NCBI RefSeq assembly: GCF_002943755.1
Contig: NZ_MQUB01000001.1
Coordinates: 2,767,653 to 2,831,652 of the forward strand
Reading direction: 5' to 3'
Source: Aureitalea marina
GTDB taxonomy: Bacteria > Bacteroidota > Bacteroidia > Flavobacteriales > Flavobacteriaceae
DNA length: 64,000 nucleotides
Shown here: piece by piece, positions 50,219-59,110 of the stretch
How positions within the stretch are numbered: position 1 is the stretch's first letter
Layout of the letters: each line of letters begins with the position of its first letter
Notes under the pieces: generated by a model
What the model was told of the DNA's origin: nothing
Database searches by the model: none
Seen by the model: the letters and a program-made list of their open reading frames with translations, nothing else
Translations under genes and position numbers: made by a program

Positions 50219-51173
50219 GTTCGGCAGATTTGTGTTTGTTCCAGTTACCTAAAAAACCAAAGGCAATGGCAATGTAGATCACAGCCATCATGATCTGGAT
50301 GACTCGGGTCCATACTTTGGAACCGGCATCGGCCTCACCAGAGGCAGTCGTAGACCCTATGATCAATAAATAAGTAGAGAAGGCCATGCCAAATAAAGGT
50401 GCATATGGAGAACTGCTGAAAAGCTTTGTAGCAATGACGAGGCAAATTCCAGTGGATAGCATCAGGAAGAATAACAGATTGGGTACCACAGTTAGAATCT
50501 CGAAGGTTGAAATGGCCAGTAAACCACCTGCGAGATTTCCTAGTATTAAGGCTTTCCCAGCCTTGAACCCAGTTCCTATTCCCGCCTGCATCGCCAATAA
50601 GGCTATAAAGACCAGCACGAGTAAAGAGGCCGTTATCTCGAACATAAAGAATAAAAGTAAAACAGGAAGAACTACCCAGGTCCTGAAGAGCGCATCCTTA
50701 TAGCGATTTGTCCCACCAGCCTGACCGCCCTGTTTCTTTTCTCCTTGCAAGGGTGGTGTTGATGGGAATAGATAGAAGGCTATCCAAACACAGAGCATAG
50801 CTTCTATGGATATCAAGATCAGGCTGCCACTAATTGCCTGGGCCAGGGCGTCAGATCGGATCGCTATGGTCGGGATCAGCATAATTGCCATTAGGAGCCA
50901 GGTTTTCACCATACCGGACATCATGGGATGTATGCTGTAAAAAATGTAAAAAAGTAATAACGCCAGCACCAGAAATAGGGCTACCGGATAATCCAGGAAA
51001 AATATGACCACTAAATTGGCGACCATAACCGAAAGTGCGATCACTAGCATAAAGGACAATCCTTGTTTGATCCCGGGCCCTGTGCCAGGAGCTGTCAATA
51101 ACGGCAGGCTTAGAACAGGTAGGACATAGGATAATGGTCCCCCGGTTGTCACAGCCAGGGCAAGGGTGAGCAT
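50211..51173 (-). CDS. Polytopic inner-membrane protein, FUSC/ArAE-like (DUF2955-like) putative efflux component
   Basis: ~10 TM helices, 320 aa. Sits between an HlyD adaptor and a TolC OMF, as AaeB sits next to AaeA. Sequence-level assignment is tentative. Confidence 0.45.
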   Translation of the reverse strand: MLTLALAVTTGGPLSYVLPVLSLPLLTAPGTGPGIKQGLSFMLVIALSVMVANLVVIFFLDYPVALFLVLALLLFYIFYSIHPMMSGMVKTWLLMAIMLIPTIAIRSDALAQAISGSLILISIEAMLCVWIAFYLFPSTPPLQGEKKQGGQAGGTNRYKDALFRTWVVLPVLLLFFMFEITASLLVLVFIALLAMQAGIGTGFKAGKALILGNLAGGLLAISTFEILTVVPNLLFFLMLSTGICLVIATKLFSSSPYAPLFGMAFSTYLLIIGSTTASGEADAGSKVWTRVIQIMMAVIYIAIAFGFLGNWNKHKSAEHA

Positions 51174-51235
51174 GGCCCAAAAACATATCTTTTGATCTGG
51201 TTATGTGAAGTATCCAACGATTGTGCTACCATAGA

Positions 51236-52351
51236 TCATCTCAAATAGGATAGGAAAGCGCTGGCACGAATCCGGAATCGAGCTACGGCGTCCAGAATAA
51301 AATTTCCACCTGTGTAAACCGTAACATCTGCTTGACCGCCAAGCCTGATCTGATTGCTCAGATCGCCAGGTTGGAAGGCGATGATAACCGGGAATCGTTG
51401 AGGGTCCCTGAGCCACCCTTTCTTCTCTGATGGGGCCGGTAACTGATTTCGGTTCACCTCCCCGGATTGTACTCCAAATCCAATACTTCGGACGGTTCCT
51501 TTGAACACCTTACCTGGGGCAATATCCAGATTATATTCCACTTCCTGGCCAATTTCCATCCTGGATAAATTGTTCTCCTTCAACCCGGCCTCTATCCAGA
51601 AATCGGCATTGGAGACAAACATAGCCAAGGCCTGTCCGGCCTGACTGTAGTAACCCAGGTCTACATTAAAGCTTTCGATGGCCCCATCGGCAGGGGCTAA
51701 AACAGTGGTGAATTGGAGGTCCAGTTGTGCTTTTTCCAGCGCTACCTGGGCGGCCCGGTATTGGGCATTTTCTTCTCCAGATATTCCTAACTGCTGCTGG
51801 GCCTTTTCCAGGTTTGCCTCGGCTGCTGTCACTTTTTCTACTGCGGATGCCAAGCTGGTTTCTGCCTTGTCCTTGTCCGCCAGTGATAAGGCTCCGGGAT
51901 TTTCCTCCAAAACCTGCTGAACCCGATAGTAATTTCGCTGGGCTCGGTCCAATTGAGCCCTGGCAACCCCAAGCTGTCCGGTTGCTGCCTTTACAGTTGC
52001 AGTTTGAGCTCCAACCTGTTGCAGGGTATTATCCAGTTGGGCCTCCGCAGATTGAACGGCCAGCACAAAAGGTCTTACGTCCAATTCGAATAGGGTATCT
52101 CCCTGTTTAACCTGGCTGTGCAGGCCCACATGGATCTTGGTAATGTAGCCCGATACCCTCGGATGGATAGGGATAGATACTCCTCTGATGATTCCCTGAT
52201 CGGTATAAGGAGTGTACCGATCTGACAGCACATACCACAACATGAATACTCCGATCAGTATCAGGAGTATATGCGTCAGTTTTCTGACGGGATTCTTAGA
52301 ATTGGAATTGTTGGTTTCTGGGTTCTTGAGAGTCTCTTGTTCGGTGCTCAT
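51236..52351 (-). CDS. HlyD-family periplasmic adaptor (membrane-fusion protein, EmrA/AaeA-like)
   Basis: Single N-terminal TM, lipoyl/beta-barrel segments and a long coiled-coil hairpin (LDRAQRNYYRVQQ...). 371 aa. Confidence 0.8.
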   Translation of the reverse strand: MSTEQETLKNPETNNSNSKNPVRKLTHILLILIGVFMLWYVLSDRYTPYTDQGIIRGVSIPIHPRVSGYITKIHVGLHSQVKQGDTLFELDVRPFVLAVQSAEAQLDNTLQQVGAQTATVKAATGQLGVARAQLDRAQRNYYRVQQVLEENPGALSLADKDKAETSLASAVEKVTAAEANLEKAQQQLGISGEENAQYRAAQVALEKAQLDLQFTTVLAPADGAIESFNVDLGYYSQAGQALAMFVSNADFWIEAGLKENNLSRMEIGQEVEYNLDIAPGKVFKGTVRSIGFGVQSGEVNRNQLPAPSEKKGWLRDPQRFPVIIAFQPGDLSNQIRLGGQADVTVYTGGNFILDAVARFRIRASAFLSYLR

Positions 52352-52466
52352 TAGTTGAGATAAGGATTAGCTTCCACAACTATATGGGAAACAGCGGTCT
52401 AGTAAAGATAGGATTTATCGTCCGTATGTTCGCAGAGAAAATAGAAGAGAAATTCAACAGCAGAAC

Positions 52467-54200
52467 TTACTCCTCCCATGGCTTTTTTTCAGAGATGTCG
52501 AAGAATCTTTCTCCGTCAAAACCACTAATGCCCGGCCAGTGCCCAAACCAGATACTTCCTTTATCATCTAACATCAAACTGAGCACCCCGTTGGTGGCCA
52601 AACCATCTTTGGCGGTATAGTTAGTGAATTCAGATCCATCGTATTTGTAGACACCAAAGTGTTCTGCAGAGAACCATATATTTCCTTGTTTATCCTCCAA
52701 CAGGCCTCCCGTTTCAGGGCCCTCTATGGTCCCGTTTTGCATATAATTGGTGAAGTTTTGTCCGTCAAAGGACGAAATCCCACCGAACATTGTACCTATC
52801 CATAACAAGCCCCTGCTATCAATAAATAGAGAGGAGACACTATTATCTGGCAATCCATTAGCGGTGGTCAAAAAATCAAAATTTGCACCGTCCCATATGG
52901 TGATTCCCTGTCCGTCTGTAGTGATCCAGATCTTCCCATCCAGATCTTCCATAATTGGTCCCACTCGGTCTGATGAAAGCATTGGACGGGCGTTCTTAAC
53001 TTCGGGCTTTGGGTATTCAAATGGCCTGAAGCGTTCTCCATCAAAGTGGCTTAGGCCATCTACGGATCCCACCCAGATCCTTCCTTTGCTATCTATCATC
53101 ACACTCCAGATCTCCTCGTTGTCCAGACCGGCCTCGGTGGAGTAATTGGTGAATTTTTCTCCGTCCCACTTGTTCAATCCACCGGAGGTTCCAAACCAAA
53201 TGTTACCTGCGTCATCCTCTGCTATTGCCCTGACACTGCTACCTTTGTATCCATCGGCGGCTGTGAATTTGTATAGAGTATCACCATCATGACGTATCAC
53301 GCCATCGCTATTTGTACCAAACCAAAAGATTCCACTTCGATCTTGGTACATAGTCCTAATAAATTCACGGATCATACTTTCCAAATTGTAGGGTTGAAGC
53401 ATGGCCATTCCACCTGGTTTGTCAAAAGGGGTGGTTGGCAAATGGCTTCTACGGACCAGGGTATCTGTTACCTCAACATCCTTAACGGTCTTGCTTTGTC
53501 CATTGCAAGAGAAAAGAGTAGAACTTACTAATAAAATAATTAGGACGCGAGGTGCAATTGCCTCTGTCTTATTGAACAGCAGTATGAAAGATCTTCGGAA
53601 TAAGGTGTTCAATGATCCAAGATTAAGATATGGATTGGACCAAATGGTCAGCTCCTTTCCTCTTGCCGCCTGGTCAAACAACATGCCGGAGACACCAAAA
53701 ACACCTGCAAAAAAGGCGCTGATCAGGAATACTTCGACCACACCGGGAGACCATGAAATGGCCGAAGGGGGCCAAACAAAAATGGCAACAGTAGGCACCA
53801 GCAATGTCACAATTGCCGCAGTGTATAAGGTGACGGACATCCCTTTAGGACGGAATCTAGAGACCAGTGCACCGATCAAGCCAACAGCGAATACCGTTGC
53901 GTAAAGTAAATTGGCATCCTGAGCTTCGTTTCCAATTATGCCTACTGCTCCGTTAACCCAGAAAAGCAGAAAGGCACCGAGCAATCCAATACCGAAAGCA
54001 ATACGATATACCGTCCGATTAGCTCGCTGAGCGATCAACTCATACGCTAGGCCTATAACGGACAAGACGGCACCCATGATAACGAAGTCCATCACATCCC
54101 AGTTAATCTCCGAGGTAAATTGCATGGCAATTAATGGGATCATCAATACCCCGACTATAAATACGGCCCAGCGGATCAATCTTTTCTTCTGTAAATGCAT
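52467..54200 (-). CDS. Membrane protein with an N-terminal ~6-TM domain, a further TM segment, and a C-terminal 'two-component regulator propeller' (Reg_prop)-type beta-propeller. No kinase, receiver or DNA-binding domain.
   Basis: Repeated ~45-aa blades with G(N/R)IW(F/V)GT..GGL..(W/F)DG signatures (GNIWFGTSGGLNKWDG, GRIWVGSVDGLSHFDG, GLLWIGTMFGGISSFDG ...). The N-terminal 200 aa are hydrophobic. Confidence 0.6.
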   Translation of the reverse strand: MHLQKKRLIRWAVFIVGVLMIPLIAMQFTSEINWDVMDFVIMGAVLSVIGLAYELIAQRANRTVYRIAFGIGLLGAFLLFWVNGAVGIIGNEAQDANLLYATVFAVGLIGALVSRFRPKGMSVTLYTAAIVTLLVPTVAIFVWPPSAISWSPGVVEVFLISAFFAGVFGVSGMLFDQAARGKELTIWSNPYLNLGSLNTLFRRSFILLFNKTEAIAPRVLIILLVSSTLFSCNGQSKTVKDVEVTDTLVRRSHLPTTPFDKPGGMAMLQPYNLESMIREFIRTMYQDRSGIFWFGTNSDGVIRHDGDTLYKFTAADGYKGSSVRAIAEDDAGNIWFGTSGGLNKWDGEKFTNYSTEAGLDNEEIWSVMIDSKGRIWVGSVDGLSHFDGERFRPFEYPKPEVKNARPMLSSDRVGPIMEDLDGKIWITTDGQGITIWDGANFDFLTTANGLPDNSVSSLFIDSRGLLWIGTMFGGISSFDGQNFTNYMQNGTIEGPETGGLLEDKQGNIWFSAEHFGVYKYDGSEFTNYTAKDGLATNGVLSLMLDDKGSIWFGHWPGISGFDGERFFDISEKKPWEE

Positions 54201-54491
54201 GGCTTGACGGTTTAAGGTTGCTTCTCTACGAAGTCATAAAGTTAATAAATACAAGTGGTTATGTTTAAAGAACGACCATTATTCCTGTATTCGTATATGG
54301 TAGATAATACTTGAAATACCCTGATCTAATCCTTAAAAACGAGTTTGCCTTGTCCAAATTCTTTACAGAGACAACAGTGAGCTTATTCTTCTTCCTCTTG
54401 TTGGGTGTAGGTGATAATGATTACAGAGAATATATCACTAAGCGTTGCTTGGCAACGTTGAAAGAGTACCTCCTCTAGTAATTTGCTTCCA

Positions 54492-55697
54492 TCATTTGGC
54501 CTTGGTTTGCTTTCCGAGCCAGTTGGAGTAGGGAACTGCTGTTATTCCGTGCATGAAGATGCTTAGGGTTACGGTGAGGATTATAGTGGCGAATATGGTT
54601 TCGTTGCCGGGATCGGTAGGGAGCATATTGAATGCGAGTAGAAAATAAAGAATGGAGGCAATACCCCTTGGGCCAAACCAGGCAATGAATACCTTTTCCT
54701 TAAAGGTGATCTTGTCCCGATTAAGGCATATAATTACCGGGATCATCCTGAGTACCGTCAGACTCAGTAAGGCGTAGATGACAACTTCCAGGGTAAAATA
54801 ATCCCAATAGTGCGGGAGCATGATTGCGCCCAGAACGAAGAAAACAAACAGTACCAATGGCTGGCTCAGGTATTCGCCAAATTCTTGCCCGGTCTCAAAC
54901 ACCTTTTTTGAGTCGGCATTAAAGAACAGTCCGCTTACAAAGGCCGAGATGTAACCATTTCCGCCAAGATGTTCGGCCAGCACATAAGAAACTATAGCCA
55001 AGGCTACGATAGAAATACCCTGGAATAAATGATCGGATAGTCGTTTTCGCACAGACCAGTTGATTAATTTACTACCTCCCCAGCCTGTAATACTACCGAC
55101 CAGAGGCGCTAGAAGTAACTGTTTTGCAATGTAAGGAAGCAAATTGGCGGAGTTGAGGTCAGTTGCAGGTTCCTGTAACATGGCCAGGCATATTAAAATA
55201 GGAGGTAATACAAGCCCGTCATTCAACCCGCTTTCTACATTGATAGACTCGCGGATCTTTTTTGGGACCATTTCACTTTGTACCACTGCTTGACCCAAGG
55301 CTGCATCGGTAGGAGATAAGATAAAGGCCAGTACGGCCAATAACAGCCAATCATATCCTGGGAAAAACAATTTAGCGGTCAATGTCCCAACAATCATGGT
55401 AAGTGGTAGCCCAATAAATAGTAGACGTATTGGCGTTTTGTAAACCTTGAAAAAGTCTTTAAGCGAAATATTGCTGGCGTCGGTAAATAGTATAGCGATC
55501 AGGGCAATTTGTCCGATCAGGGTTAAGGACTCATTGTCAATGTTCAATGCCTGAATGCCTTCCAGTTTGGAAGAGAGTAATCCCAAGACCGTAAAAACCA
55601 TTGGTCCCGAAATAGAAAGGCTATTCAGTCTTTGAGAAAACAATCCATAAATGAATAGTAACAGGAAAATAAAAGCAATAAGGACGATGGTTTCCAT
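54492..55697 (-). CDS. Cation:proton antiporter (CPA1/NhaP-type Na+/H+ exchanger)
   Basis: 401 aa, ~11 TM. N-terminal region typical of Na_H_Exchanger family. Confidence 0.7.
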   Translation of the reverse strand: METIVLIAFIFLLLFIYGLFSQRLNSLSISGPMVFTVLGLLSSKLEGIQALNIDNESLTLIGQIALIAILFTDASNISLKDFFKVYKTPIRLLFIGLPLTMIVGTLTAKLFFPGYDWLLLAVLAFILSPTDAALGQAVVQSEMVPKKIRESINVESGLNDGLVLPPILICLAMLQEPATDLNSANLLPYIAKQLLLAPLVGSITGWGGSKLINWSVRKRLSDHLFQGISIVALAIVSYVLAEHLGGNGYISAFVSGLFFNADSKKVFETGQEFGEYLSQPLVLFVFFVLGAIMLPHYWDYFTLEVVIYALLSLTVLRMIPVIICLNRDKITFKEKVFIAWFGPRGIASILYFLLAFNMLPTDPGNETIFATIILTVTLSIFMHGITAVPYSNWLGKQTKAK

Positions 55698-55824
55698 GAG
55701 CCGGATTGTAGATGGAACAAATTAATTTCAAACTGTCGACCAAGGAGAGTTGACCTCGTCAAGGTAGTATTTTTCGTGGTATTGAGGTAATTAAAGGACT
55801 ATCGCAGAAATAATTCTGGTCGTT

Positions 55825-56532
55825 TTATTTGAGCTGATATTGGTAGGGACTTCTACCTGGGGATTCTTTTTTGACGACCGGAAGTCTTTCAAAAAGGTCT
55901 GTTGCCAACATCTTCTTCTGGAACCGACTGCGATCTATTTTTTCTTCTTGTATCATCTCTTGCAATTTATGTAGCTGGGGCATGGTAAATGTTGGCGGCA
56001 GGAGCTTATAGGAAAGAGGTTTGTATTTGAGAACCTCCTTGATCCTGTGTCTGGCTTGGGATGCGATCTCTTGGTGGTCGATCCACATAGAAGGTAATTG
56101 GTCGAATGAAAACCAGCGGACTTCCTCGTCCATTTCTCCGGCAACGGGGAAGGCTGTATTAATATCGACCAGCGAATAATAGGCCAGGGTTACAAAGCGA
56201 TCGTTTACCCAGTAGTCCGACTGCCATGGAATGCCAAGTTTTTGGGCAAAGAGTTCGAATTGCTCAGCAAATTTGCGATCCGGATTTCCAAAGACAGAAA
56301 GGAATTCAAGGTGAGGATCACTTAGTCCGGTTCGGGCTCGAAGAATAAGGGAGGCAGCATCGGTAACTGAGCTATCTCTTGGGATGTAACCACCAGGCAG
56401 TACCCATTTATCACCAAATTTCAGGAGTAGGCATTTGAGTTGATCATCCTCGTAACCAAAAACGACCAGGTCTATGCTGAGGTTTTGAAGATACTCTTCT
56501 TGGCCATGGGTGAAAAAGTGGTGAAAATCCAT
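55825..56532 (-). CDS. Nudix-domain protein with a C-terminal winged-helix-like domain (NrtR-family-like putative transcriptional regulator)
   Basis: Nudix fold with a degenerate Nudix box (WVLPGGYIPRDSSVTDAASLILRARTGL). C-terminal ~80 aa helical. Divergent to a GH3 gene with a palindrome between them. Confidence 0.5.
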   Translation of the reverse strand: MDFHHFFTHGQEEYLQNLSIDLVVFGYEDDQLKCLLLKFGDKWVLPGGYIPRDSSVTDAASLILRARTGLSDPHLEFLSVFGNPDRKFAEQFELFAQKLGIPWQSDYWVNDRFVTLAYYSLVDINTAFPVAGEMDEEVRWFSFDQLPSMWIDHQEIASQARHRIKEVLKYKPLSYKLLPPTFTMPQLHKLQEMIQEEKIDRSRFQKKMLATDLFERLPVVKKESPGRSPYQYQLK

Positions 56533-56542
56533 ATTGAAAATA

Positions 56543-56565
56543 TTTTGTGACTATATGTCACAAAA
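56543..56565. promoter_or_regulatory. Perfect 23-bp palindrome TTTTGTGACTATATGTCACAAAA in the divergent intergenic region; candidate operator
   Basis: Exact inverted repeat (GTGAC-N5-GTCAC core) 10 nt from the regulator start and ~12 nt upstream of a TATATTTG -7 box. Confidence 0.45.
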
Positions 56566-56576
56566 CTAATAATTTA

Positions 56577-56584
56577 TATATTTG
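56577..56584 (+). promoter_or_regulatory. Candidate -7 box TATATTTG for the GH3 gene
   Basis: TAnnTTTG match ~28 nt upstream of the likely ATG at 56612. Confidence 0.35.
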
Positions 56585-56611
56585 TGGCAGTTCGACACAA
56601 ATATAGCTCTC

Positions 56612-59104
56612 ATGAAGAAGACAGTCAAGAAATCGCTCAATGCACTTGGACTAATACTCCTTTTAATCATCACGGCTGGCCTGTTCACCGGCTGGTATTT
56701 TAATCGAACCTTTTTAGATTTTGAAGGGGACTATGCAGAGCAACTGGATTTCGAGACACTGAAAATATCGGGCTATAGTTTTCTGGATCGCAATGGAAAC
56801 GGTGAACTCGACCCCTATGAGGACAACCGCTTATCTGTAGAAAAGAGGGTAGCCAATTTACTCGAGCTCATGTCCGTGGAAGAGAAGATCCACCTGCTTA
56901 AAGGATCGGGTATCGCTTCGGCTATGGGCCGAACAGAACCGGGGACCGGAATACCGGGTGCCGTAGGTACCATTGTGCCTACCCCACGATTAGGATTACC
57001 TACCATATATCTCTCCGATGGCCCGGCCGGTCTGCGTATACAACCGACCAGGGAAGGAGAAGACAGAACCTATTATTGTACAGCCTTCCCAATTGCGACT
57101 TTGCTGGCGTCTACCTGGAACGAGGACCTGGCCATGGATGTGGGGAGCGCCATGGGGAACGAAGCCAAGGAATATGGTATTGATGTTATACTGGGTCCGG
57201 GGGCCAACATCCAGCGACACCCTCGTAACGGTCGGAATTTTGAATACTATTCAGAAGATCCTTTACTGAGCGGTTACATGGGTGCAGCAATCGTCAATGG
57301 AATACAATCTCATGGTGTGGGTACCTCTGTCAAACACTATGTTGCCAATAATCAGGAGACTGAACGCAGTCTAAACGATGTACGAGTTTCTGAAAGAGCC
57401 ATGCGGGAGATCTATCTCAAGGGATTTGAACATATCGTTCACCGCTCCCAACCCTGGACCATTATGAGCTCTTACAATAAGGTCAATGGGACCTATGTAT
57501 CGGAAAGTCCTTATTTATTGACAGATGTATTGCGAGGTGATTGGGGATTTGAAGGTTTGGTGATGACAGATTGGTATGGTGGTCGAAATGCTGTAGACCA
57601 GATCATGGCCGGAAACGACCTGCTTGAGCCCGGTACGCGTAAACAATGGAATGCTTTGACAGAGGGTTACGAGGACGGTAAGCTGAGCATGGAGGCTATT
57701 GACACCTCGGTTGGACGTATACTCAAATTGATCCTGGCTAGTCATAAGATGAAGCAAACTCCCTTCAGTAATGATCCAAATTTGGAGGCACATGCGGCAA
57801 TTACGAGACAGTCCGCTACCGAGGGTATGGTCCTGCTTAAAAATGAACAAACATTGCCTCTTGCCCAGGGCCTGAATGTTGCCTTACTGGCTACAACCTC
57901 ATACGACTTCATCGCCGGAGGAACGGGATCCGGAGACGTCAATGAGGCCTATACAGTATCTCTGGAAGAAGGACTAACCGGAGCCGGATTTACCATCAAT
58001 GAAACGGCGAAAAAGATATTTGACCAACACAAGACGGACAATGCTGAGTTCTTTGTCAAACCAGAAGGAATGGACGCGTTATTCAATCCATACCTACCTC
58101 CTCAATTGAGCTATTCAGATGATCAAATGTCTCAGATAGCCTCCTCTGCCGATGTAGGTGTACTTACCATTGGTCGCAATGCTGGAGAGGGTGGTGATAG
58201 AGTAATGGATGCAGATTTCTTACTGACCGATCAGGAGTTAACCATGATCACTCAGGCTAAATCGGCTTTTCATGATCAGGGCAAGAAACTAGTGATCGTT
58301 CTCAACATTGGTGGTGTGATCGAGACAGCGTCCTGGAAGGATCACCCCGATGCTATTCTTCTTGCTTGGCAAGGGGGACAGGAAGGTGGAAACTCTGTTG
58401 CGGATATTCTCAGCGGCCAGGTTAACCCCTCGGGAAAATTACCCGTTACTTTTCCAATAGCTATAGACGACCATGCTTCTGATTCGAATTTTCCAGTTGG
58501 CGGTGGTCACCTGGTGATGACCGATCTCATAAAAGGTATGATGTTCCCTCCACAAGAGAGACCAGATGACGAAAAGCAAGCCAATATGGACTATACCGTT
58601 TATGAAGAGGGTATCTATGTTGGCTACCGGCACTTTGACAAGAGGGGTATAGTAGTTTCTTATCCATTTGGATACGGATTGTCCTATTCGGAATTTGATT
58701 ATTCTGACCTCATGGTTGATCAGAACGAAGAGACAGCCACTATTCGGTTGATGGTAACGAATATTGGTCAAGTAGCCGGCAAGGAAGTGGTTCAACTCTA
58801 TTCTTCACTTCCCTTAACTAAGATAGACAGGCCGGAACGTGAATTACGATCATTTAGCAAAACCAAGATCCTTCAGCCGGGTGAAAGCCAAGAGATCAGT
58901 TTGCAGTTTCCAATTTCGGAGCTTCGCTATTGGGATGAGGATCAAGAAGGATGGAAGTTAGAAGATGGAGCCTACAGCCTGGAGGTGGGAGCTTCTTCTC
59001 GTGAGATTAAACTACAACAGCAGTTAATTCCTAGGGCAACTAAAAACGAGGAAGATGGAATCGGTGGGATCGGATCTATCCGCTCTTCTGTCATGCAACG
59101 TTGA
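56612..59104 (+). CDS. bglX: Glycoside hydrolase family 3 beta-glucosidase (BglX-like) with a C-terminal Fn3-like domain (ORF opens at 56582; the Met at 56612 gives a signal/anchor peptide)
   Basis: GH3 N-terminal domain (...KHYVANNQETERS...). Conserved SDW nucleophile region (VMTDWYG). ~830 aa. Confidence 0.85.
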   Translation: MKKTVKKSLNALGLILLLIITAGLFTGWYFNRTFLDFEGDYAEQLDFETLKISGYSFLDRNGNGELDPYEDNRLSVEKRVANLLELMSVEEKIHLLKGSGIASAMGRTEPGTGIPGAVGTIVPTPRLGLPTIYLSDGPAGLRIQPTREGEDRTYYCTAFPIATLLASTWNEDLAMDVGSAMGNEAKEYGIDVILGPGANIQRHPRNGRNFEYYSEDPLLSGYMGAAIVNGIQSHGVGTSVKHYVANNQETERSLNDVRVSERAMREIYLKGFEHIVHRSQPWTIMSSYNKVNGTYVSESPYLLTDVLRGDWGFEGLVMTDWYGGRNAVDQIMAGNDLLEPGTRKQWNALTEGYEDGKLSMEAIDTSVGRILKLILASHKMKQTPFSNDPNLEAHAAITRQSATEGMVLLKNEQTLPLAQGLNVALLATTSYDFIAGGTGSGDVNEAYTVSLEEGLTGAGFTINETAKKIFDQHKTDNAEFFVKPEGMDALFNPYLPPQLSYSDDQMSQIASSADVGVLTIGRNAGEGGDRVMDADFLLTDQELTMITQAKSAFHDQGKKLVIVLNIGGVIETASWKDHPDAILLAWQGGQEGGNSVADILSGQVNPSGKLPVTFPIAIDDHASDSNFPVGGGHLVMTDLIKGMMFPPQERPDDEKQANMDYTVYEEGIYVGYRHFDKRGIVVSYPFGYGLSYSEFDYSDLMVDQNEETATIRLMVTNIGQVAGKEVVQLYSSLPLTKIDRPERELRSFSKTKILQPGESQEISLQFPISELRYWDEDQEGWKLEDGAYSLEVGASSREIKLQQQLIPRATKNEEDGIGGIGSIRSSVMQR

Positions 59105-59110
59105 CCAGGA

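Noticed and set aside
53470-53560. Lipoprotein-like signal (LIILLVSSTLFSCNGQ) in the middle of the 577-aa propeller protein, suggesting two fused genes or a frameshift
   Set aside because: The reading frame is continuous with no in-frame ATG/GTG/TTG just upstream of the hydrophobic segment. It is more simply read as an additional TM helix linking the membrane domain to the propeller. The gene-fusion alternative is noted under findings.
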